Below are positions 47,709 through 54,106 of a DNA stretch of 54,106 nucleotides, piece by piece. The notes below the pieces were generated by a model. That model worked only from the letters and a program-made list of their open reading frames with translations, was not told the DNA's origin and searched no databases. Source of the stretch: an uncultured archaeon (GTDB lineage: Archaea > Aenigmatarchaeota > Aenigmatarchaeia > QMZP01); the NCBI GenBank assembly GCA_964353635.1, contig CAYGVS010000004.1, positions 1 to 54,106 of the forward strand, read 5' to 3'. The position numbers were made by a program, and so were the translations under genes. The first letter of the stretch is position 1; each line of letters starts with the position of its first letter.

Positions 47709-49043
47709 TTATAGCCTTTTGAGTTTGGCCATTTTCTTGAGGAAACCGTCCAGAACTGATTCCAGGTCGGGCTTGCCTATCTCATCAAGATAGTATTCCA
47801 CGTTCACTATGGGCTTCCTGGCCTTGATTATCTTTGAAAGGTTCACCGGGCTTGCGTCAAGTACTATGTCGCATTTGGCGCGGTTGATGGTCTTCTCAAG
47901 CTCCTTTATCTGCTTTGGGCTGTAGCCCATGGCAGGCAGTATACTCTTCAGGTGAGGGAACTCCCTGTAAACGTTTTTTATTGAGCCAACCGCGTATTTC
48001 TCAGCGGATACAATCTTTGCGCCATATTTGTTTGCAGCCACCACACCAGCGCCGAAAGACATTCCTCCGTGTGTAAGGGTCGGGCCGTCTCCTATAACCA
48101 GGGCCATTTTGTCCTTCAAGGCCTCAGGGTTTTCCACTTTTATTGATGACATGGCCTTTATCAAGACGGCCTTTGGGTTGTATTGCTTTATGTTGTTTAA
48201 AAGAGTTTCCACGTCCTCTGGCCTGGCGCTGTCCATCTTGTTTATGATTAGGACGTCTGCGTTGAGGAGGTTGGTCTCGCCTGGATAGTATCTGAGCTCG
48301 TGGCCTGCGCGGTGAGGGTCAAGTATTGTGATGGAGAGATCGGGCTTGATGAATGAGATATCATTGTTTCCACCATCCCAAACTATTATCGAAGACTCCT
48401 TTTCTGCGTCCCAGAGGATCTTCTCGTAATCCACTCCGGCGTAGACTATTGCGCCGTTCTTCAGATGGGGCTCATACTCTTCGCGCTCTTCTATAGTACA
48501 TTTGTTTTTGTCCAGGTCCTCGAAAGTAGCAAAACGCTGCACTGCTTCCTTCTCAAGGTCGCCATAAGGCATTGGGTGGCGTATCACCACCACCTTCAGT
48601 CCGTGCTGCCTGAGGATGGATACTATCTTCCTGGAGGTCTGGCTCTTGCCTGCGCCTGTTCGCACCGCACAGACCGAAATAACGGGTTTGGAGGATTTGA
48701 GCTGCGTGGATTTGGGTCCGAGAAGCCAGAAGTCTGCGCCGCAGGAAAGGGCGAGCGAAGCCTTATGCATCACATATTCATGGGAAACGTCTGAATAGGC
48801 GAACACTACAATGTCTATGCTGTTTTTTCTAATGAGGCCAGGGAGCTCTTTCTCATCGTATATGGGAATCCCTTTTGGGTAGAGAGTCCCTGCCAATGCA
48901 GGCGGATATTTCCGGCCAGAGATTCCAGGTATCTGCGCTGCTGTGAAGCAGACAACTTCATACTCTTGGTTGTTGCGGAAGAACACGTTGAAGTTGTGGA
49001 AATCCCTTCCAGCTGCGCCCATTATCAAGACCTTGCGCTTCAT
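47709..49043 (-). CDS. P-loop GTPase of the cyclic 2,3-diphosphoglycerate synthetase-related family
   Basis: MGAAGRDFHNFN, AVRTGAGKSQ P-loop, RHPMPYG, TIEEREEYE, DGGNND, GPTLTHGGM. Confidence 0.85.
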   Translation of the reverse strand: MKRKVLIMGAAGRDFHNFNVFFRNNQEYEVVCFTAAQIPGISGRKYPPALAGTLYPKGIPIYDEKELPGLIRKNSIDIVVFAYSDVSHEYVMHKASLALSCGADFWLLGPKSTQLKSSKPVISVCAVRTGAGKSQTSRKIVSILRQHGLKVVVIRHPMPYGDLEKEAVQRFATFEDLDKNKCTIEEREEYEPHLKNGAIVYAGVDYEKILWDAEKESSIIVWDGGNNDISFIKPDLSITILDPHRAGHELRYYPGETNLLNADVLIINKMDSARPEDVETLLNNIKQYNPKAVLIKAMSSIKVENPEALKDKMALVIGDGPTLTHGGMSFGAGVVAANKYGAKIVSAEKYAVGSIKNVYREFPHLKSILPAMGYSPKQIKELEKTINRAKCDIVLDASPVNLSKIIKARKPIVNVEYYLDEIGKPDLESVLDGFLKKMAKLKRL

Positions 49044-49891
49044 TTTATCACCGCAGGGATTTTCTCTATAAGGTCAGAGGCCATGAGCCCGGGACCTTTC
49101 TCTTTCGCAGCCAGGTCTCCGGCTAATCCGTTTATATAAGCTGCTGCGCAGGCTGCTGTGAAAGGGTCGAACTTCATCCCGAGCACAGCGCCGCAAATCC
49201 CAGCGAGTGTATCCCCTGTGCCGCCCTTTGTCATATTGGGGTTGCCTGTTTTGTTCAGGATTGCCCTTTCGCCGTCTGAGATGATGTCCACATGGCCTTT
49301 GAGAAGGATGGTGGTTTTCAGCTTTGCTGCAAAAAGCCTCACTATCTCTGCCCTGCGCTCGAGGTCCAGGCCAGGGTCCTGCCTTGTCAGAGACTGGAAC
49401 TCCCTCTGATGGGGGGTGAGAATGAACGGCCTGCCGGAAAGGATTTGAGGAGCCTGCGAGACAGCATGGATTGCATCAGCGTCTATCACGCAGGGTAGCT
49501 TCACGCTCTTGAGCAGATTATGGACGAAGGAGATTGTTTCTGGCCTCCTTTCAATGCCTCCTCCTATCACAATGGAGTCTGCTGCTTTGGAGATTTCAAG
49601 GATGGCCTTGAGGTGGCTCTTGTTAAGATAGCTGCCGTCAAGCGGCTCTGTTATCATGTCTGGGCAGAAGGAGGCTATTGTGTCGGCTGCCCTTTCAGGA
49701 GCAGCTATGGTCACAAGGTCGCTGCCTGAGCGGAAGGCTGCAAGAGCTGCAAAGGCGGGCGAGCCTGAATATTTCCTGGAGCCGCCTATCACCAGCACAT
49801 GGCCGAAGTTCCCCTTGTGGCTCCACTCAGGCCTCTTAGAATAAATCTTTTTCAGGATGTCCTTCTGGACTGTCTGGATTTGAGTGTCCAT
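49040..49891 (-). CDS. nnrD: ADP-dependent NAD(P)H-hydrate dehydratase
   Basis: HKG.FG.VLVIGGS..Y.G.P, IDADA, LTPH..EF, LKG..D, GGTGD.LAG. Confidence 0.92.
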   Translation of the reverse strand: MDTQIQTVQKDILKKIYSKRPEWSHKGNFGHVLVIGGSRKYSGSPAFAALAAFRSGSDLVTIAAPERAADTIASFCPDMITEPLDGSYLNKSHLKAILEISKAADSIVIGGGIERRPETISFVHNLLKSVKLPCVIDADAIHAVSQAPQILSGRPFILTPHQREFQSLTRQDPGLDLERRAEIVRLFAAKLKTTILLKGHVDIISDGERAILNKTGNPNMTKGGTGDTLAGICGAVLGMKFDPFTAACAAAYINGLAGDLAAKEKGPGLMASDLIEKIPAVIK

Positions 49892-49894
49892 ATT

Positions 49895-50638
49895 TCACCC
49901 TTGGATGACTGTTCCTTTGAACGGCCTGCTGCCAAGGAAATTCTCTATGCTTTGGAAATTCTTCCCGTTCATGATTATTACAGTGAGGCCGAGCTTCTGG
50001 GCCTCTTTTGATGCCACTGGATCAAAAGGCTTGTTGAGCCCTGGGTCCCACCTGTCGCCCACTATCCTCCTGAATTCCTTCCATGTCATGCGCTCCAGCG
50101 GCCTGGCATCCTTGTTAATGTCAGGGTCCTTGTCGTAGACGTAATCTATGTCACTTAAGTTTAGGACGGCCTTAGCATTAAAGTTTCTGGCAAGCAGGAC
50201 TGCATCATAATCAGTGCTGCATCCAGGCTTCCAGCCGGCTGCTATTATTACTGGCTTTTCCGCGATTATCTTTTCAGTCGGGTTTTTAATAATCGCAGGG
50301 TGGGCCACATCGCGGAATATGGTGCGGAGGAGGTGCGCATTAAGCCTGGTCGCGTGTATGCCCAGCCAATCGAGGTCTTCGCTGTCAAGCTTGATGATTT
50401 CAGAGGCAGCGGCCAGGTATTTCCTGCATGTCCTTCCTCCCCCAACGATGATTATGAACCTGCGGCCTTTCTTCACTTGGCTGAGGATGAGCTGCCTGAA
50501 GCCCTTGAGGAAGGTGACGTCTATGTCTCCGGGAACCACAAGCGAGCCGCCAAGGGAGATTATAGTATAATCTTTGCCTGGTTTGGGGGCGGCTTTCATA
50601 TCCGTCTTTGGCTGGAAAGCGCCAGAGGACGCTTTCAT
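49895..50638 (-). CDS. pyrH: Uridylate kinase (archaeal type)
   Basis: ISLGGS, VGGG...R.Y, D.LGI.ATRLNA, PG.STD, VYDKDP, PFDPVA; ATG overlaps corA stop. Confidence 0.92.
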   Translation of the reverse strand: MKASSGAFQPKTDMKAAPKPGKDYTIISLGGSLVVPGDIDVTFLKGFRQLILSQVKKGRRFIIIVGGGRTCRKYLAAASEIIKLDSEDLDWLGIHATRLNAHLLRTIFRDVAHPAIIKNPTEKIIAEKPVIIAAGWKPGCSTDYDAVLLARNFNAKAVLNLSDIDYVYDKDPDINKDARPLERMTWKEFRRIVGDRWDPGLNKPFDPVASKEAQKLGLTVIIMNGKNFQSIENFLGSRPFKGTVIQG

Positions 50639-51552
50639 ATCCATTGTTTCCTCCAAAAGTACATGAGCATGACGCCTGCTATCAGGAACATCATTAGAAG
50701 GACTATGTGGTACATGTCCTCGAAATGCGATTCAGGTATAGTTAGATTCATGCCATAAATGCCTGTGAGCAAAGTGAGCGGCATCATTATGGTGGCGACT
50801 ATTGTGAGCGCCTTCATCACCTCGTTCATTCTGTTGGAGACCATGGAGATGTGGACTTCAAGCGTGTTTGAAAGGACTTCGCGGTAATCGTCTATGGACT
50901 CGTTTATGCGGATTATGTGGTCGTATATGTCCCTGTAATAGGCGGTCGCTGGCTCTGAGATGAATGGAGAGACTTTGTGCGAAAGCATCATCATGACATC
51001 CCTCTGCGGGCTCGCTTGCCTCCTTAGGGTAAGCAGCTGGCGCTTGAGGCGGAAAAGCCTTCCAAGGGCCTTGTGGTCAAAGCTCTTGTATACATCCTCT
51101 TCGACCGCGTCTATCTGGCCCTCTATCTTTTCAAGGACAGGGAAGTAGTCATCTATCTCCGTGTCGATGAGATGGTGCATCAAGAGGTCAAGCCCTTTTC
51201 GGAAAAGCCTTTCAAGGCCGGATTTGTCTGCTTTCAGGACTTCGAAGCTGCTTATGCTCCTTTTGTGGGCTGTAACCAGGAAATTCCTGCCCAGCGCGAA
51301 GTTCATCTGGTAGGGGGATTCCTTTTCGATCCCGTAAAGAACAAGGAACAGATACTCATCGAAGTGCTCTATCTTCACCCGGTTCCCGGTCTTGGACATG
51401 TCCTCCAGCGTGAGCTGGTGGAGCGGGAAGGCCTGTCTTAGCTTCTCCATGTCCTGCTTGGATGGGTCTGAGACATCGACCCAGACAGGGCTCCTGGTTC
51501 TGAGGATTTTGGATTTTTTCAAGCCCTTGTCAAGAACGAATGCGTCAATCAT
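50635..51552 (-). CDS. corA: Magnesium/cobalt transporter CorA
   Basis: MNEVMK.LT, P.T.LTGIYGMN signature, two C-terminal TMs. Confidence 0.93.
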   Translation of the reverse strand: MIDAFVLDKGLKKSKILRTRSPVWVDVSDPSKQDMEKLRQAFPLHQLTLEDMSKTGNRVKIEHFDEYLFLVLYGIEKESPYQMNFALGRNFLVTAHKRSISSFEVLKADKSGLERLFRKGLDLLMHHLIDTEIDDYFPVLEKIEGQIDAVEEDVYKSFDHKALGRLFRLKRQLLTLRRQASPQRDVMMMLSHKVSPFISEPATAYYRDIYDHIIRINESIDDYREVLSNTLEVHISMVSNRMNEVMKALTIVATIMMPLTLLTGIYGMNLTIPESHFEDMYHIVLLMMFLIAGVMLMYFWRKQWI

Positions 51553-51571
51553 ATGCCTCTCCTGGAAAGCG

Positions 51572-53035
51572 CTAACCCAAGTCTATCTGGGCTTTCTGTA
51601 GCTTTCCTGAATAGTCAAAATAAACCGTCTTGGTTTCTGAAAACTCGTCAATTCCTAGAATGCCGGCCTCGCGCGTGTTTCCTGTCTGCTTCACTCCGCC
51701 GAATGGCAGGTGGGCCTCAGAGCCTATGGTGCTGGAATTCACATAAGTGAGCCCTGCCTCTATCTGCTCTATTGCTTTGAAAGCGCTCCTTATGCTGGAG
51801 GTGTAGATGGAAGAGCTCAAGCCGTAGGAAACGGAATTCATTGCCTCTATCGCCTCATCAAGATTCTTCACGGCTATGATGCATATTGTCGGGCCGAATA
51901 TCTCTTCCTGCGCTATCCTCATGTCGTAGGTGGCATCTGTGAAGAGCGTTGGCTGGTAGAAGAACCCCTTCTTCCCGAAAGGCTGGCCGCCGCACAGGAG
52001 CTTTGCGCCCTCCTTTATTCCAATCTCTGTGTACATATGCACTTTTTCCACAGCTTTCCTGTTTATGAGCGGGCCTATGTCTGTGTTCCTGTCAAGTCCG
52101 CTGCCCAAGCGGAGCTTCTTGATGCGCTCCGCAAGAGCGGCCTCGAACTTCTCCTTTATTGATTGCTGAACTATCACCCTGGAAGCTGCAGTGCATCTCT
52201 GGCCTGTGGTCCCGTATCCTCCCCATATAATCCCGTCAATGGCAAGGTTGAGGTCAGCGTCTTCCAGGACTATGATTCCGTTCTTGCCTCCGAGTTCCAG
52301 GCCAATCTTTCTTATCCCTGCTTCCTTCGTTATCTGCAAGCCTGTCTCTCTCGAGCCTGTGAAAGAGATGCAGCGGACTGCTTTGTTATGAACAAGTGGC
52401 ATGCCTGCTTGTTCACCCGAACCTGTGACCAGGTTTATCACCCCAGGAGGCACTCCTGCCTTCTCAAGTATCTCAACAAGCCTTATCGCGCATAAAGGCG
52501 TGTCAGAGGCAGGTTTGAGCACAACAGTATTACCGCATATAAGCGCAGGCATTATCTTCCAGGTGGGTATGGCTATGGGGAAGTTCCATGGGGTTATGAG
52601 CCCGCATACGCCAATCGGCCTGCGAACTGTCATGCAGAACTTGTCTCTGAGCTCGGAGGGTGTGGTGCTGCCAAGAAGGCGGCGGCCTTCCCCTGCCATG
52701 TATTCTGCAATGTCTATCGCTTCCTGAATGTCGCCTCTGGCTTCTGCTATAACCTTGCCCATCTCTGTTGCCACCAGCTTTGCCAGGCTTTCCTTTTCCT
52801 GTTTAAGCAAGGATGCCGCACGGAAAAGCAGCTCCCCTCTTTTCGGGGCAGGCACAGCGCTCCATTCTTCAAGCGCCATTTCAGCGGCATCAACAGCCTT
52901 GTTTATGTCGTTCTGGTTGCCTGACTGGAACTGACCCAGGACCTGCTCGGTTGCCGGATTGAGGGAATGGAATGTCTCGCCTGAGCCGGAAGATGTCCAT
53001 TTCCCGCCTATCAGAATCTTATAGGTCTTTGTCAT
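51572..53035 (-). CDS. NAD(P)-dependent aldehyde dehydrogenase
   Basis: [24 protein letters not shown] catalytic Cys, EEIFGP, PFGG.K. Confidence 0.95.
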   Translation of the reverse strand: MTKTYKILIGGKWTSSGSGETFHSLNPATEQVLGQFQSGNQNDINKAVDAAEMALEEWSAVPAPKRGELLFRAASLLKQEKESLAKLVATEMGKVIAEARGDIQEAIDIAEYMAGEGRRLLGSTTPSELRDKFCMTVRRPIGVCGLITPWNFPIAIPTWKIMPALICGNTVVLKPASDTPLCAIRLVEILEKAGVPPGVINLVTGSGEQAGMPLVHNKAVRCISFTGSRETGLQITKEAGIRKIGLELGGKNGIIVLEDADLNLAIDGIIWGGYGTTGQRCTAASRVIVQQSIKEKFEAALAERIKKLRLGSGLDRNTDIGPLINRKAVEKVHMYTEIGIKEGAKLLCGGQPFGKKGFFYQPTLFTDATYDMRIAQEEIFGPTICIIAVKNLDEAIEAMNSVSYGLSSSIYTSSIRSAFKAIEQIEAGLTYVNSSTIGSEAHLPFGGVKQTGNTREAGILGIDEFSETKTVYFDYSGKLQKAQIDLG

Positions 53036-54105
53036 TTCGCTCCCTTTGAGTTTACTTGGGAAGCGTATTGGTAAAGCGCCCTAAGGGCACCTACGGCCTG
53101 CTCAGGATAGGAGAAGCATGGGACACCGAAATCCTCAAGGGATTTTTTGAGGACTTCTGTGTATCTGCCCCCTCCTGCTATCACTATAAGCGGCTTCAGC
53201 TTCCTGTCAGAGACGGCAGAAACCACATCCACAACATCGGCTGTAAGCGTCGGTATCTGGAAAAGGATTATTACTGCAACTATGTCAACGTTCGGGTCAT
53301 CCATGGCTGTTTCTATTGCCAGCTTATACCTTTCTGTGTCAGCGTCCCCTGTCAAATCTATGGGATTCTTCACAACCACATGGGACGGGCAGGCTTTCTT
53401 AATCTTTTCAATGTTCTGGGTGCTCATTTTTGCCATCTGGAGGCCGCTCTTGATAAGCCAGTCTGTGGTCATCACCCCATAGCCGCCTCCGTCTGTTATT
53501 ATCTGGACTCGGTTACCTTTCGGTATGGGCTGGGTTGAAAGAATTCGCGCATAATCAAAGACCTGCTCAACATTCAGGGTTTGTATTACACCTGCCTGCT
53601 TGAATGCGGTAAAATAGATTTCTGCGGAGCCGGCAAGCGAGCCTGTGTGGGAGGCCACTGCTGTTGTGCCTTCTTCTGTTGTTCCGCCTTTAAGGACGAT
53701 TACCGGCTTTTTGGATGAGATTTTTTTGGTGATATCGTAGAATTTCCTGCCCTCTTTCACTCCTTCAAAATATGCGCATATAACGTCTGTGTCCTTGTCT
53801 TCCGACAGGTACTTCATGAGGTCTGCCTCATCTACGTCTACTGCGTTTCCATAAGAAATGAATTTTGAGATTTTGTAGCCCTTCATGGCCATCCAGTCAA
53901 GTATGACTGAGCCGAGCGCGCCTGACTGCGAGATGAAGGCGATCTTTCCTTTTCCAGGCCGCTCAAGCTTGTATCTGGGAAGGAAAAAGGTGTCCACTCC
54001 GGAATATGGGTCAAAAATCCCAATGCAGTTCGGCCCAATCGCCCGGATTCTGTATTTCTTGAGAATGGAGGCAACTTTGTTCTCAAGATCCGCGTTTCCG
54101 ATCTC
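53032..54105 (-). CDS. acdA: Acetate-CoA ligase (ADP-forming) alpha subunit, 5'-truncated by window edge
   Basis: Open frame runs to the window end: GPNCIG, ISQSGA, GN..DVDE, KGG, SHTGSLAG (phospho-His), NPIDLTGD. Confidence 0.88.
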   Translation of the reverse strand, partial: EIGNADLENKVASILKKYRIRAIGPNCIGIFDPYSGVDTFFLPRYKLERPGKGKIAFISQSGALGSVILDWMAMKGYKISKFISYGNAVDVDEADLMKYLSEDKDTDVICAYFEGVKEGRKFYDITKKISSKKPVIVLKGGTTEEGTTAVASHTGSLAGSAEIYFTAFKQAGVIQTLNVEQVFDYARILSTQPIPKGNRVQIITDGGGYGVMTTDWLIKSGLQMAKMSTQNIEKIKKACPSHVVVKNPIDLTGDADTERYKLAIETAMDDPNVDIVAVIILFQIPTLTADVVDVVSAVSDRKLKPLIVIAGGGRYTEVLKKSLEDFGVPCFSYPEQAVGALRALYQYASQVNSKGAK

Positions 54106-54106
54106 C

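Noticed and set aside
1-54106. CRISPR array, integrase, transposase or rRNA
   Set aside because: No regularly spaced repeats, recombinase motifs or rRNA-like sequence seen; no duplicated tRNA 3' end marking an att site was noticed

Overview
Archaeal chromosome segment, most likely a DPANN lineage such as Aenigmatarchaeota (inference from rps17e, TFS, single-unit EndA, DUF1512, EndoQ, class III pilin, lipoprotein paralogs and short leaderless divergent promoters). 1-30.1 kb is a large surface-glycosylation cluster: GT-C, GT2 and GT4 transferases, a CDP-3,6-dideoxyhexose block, four NDP-sugar epimerases plus two decayed stubs, two AsnB-type amidotransferases, methyltransferases, B12 radical SAM enzymes, a flippase, and an RHH-nucleotidyltransferase fusion flanked by twin GTAATA-N6-TATTAC palindromes. 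A 1585-aa LamG/C25-like surface protein follows. 35.0-36.3 kb holds the most striking locus: two doubly interrupted tRNA genes (Asn-GTT, Phe-GAA) next to an atypical tRNA-splicing endonuclease. tRNA-Phe has a 55-nt intron inside the acceptor stem (4/5) whose bulge-helix-bulge is built from the 5' leader, and the leader also carries a decoy acceptor strand and a mutually exclusive GAAA hairpin. The rest is housekeeping and surface genes. Protein calls come from motif recognition by eye; no database searches or folding programs were run.
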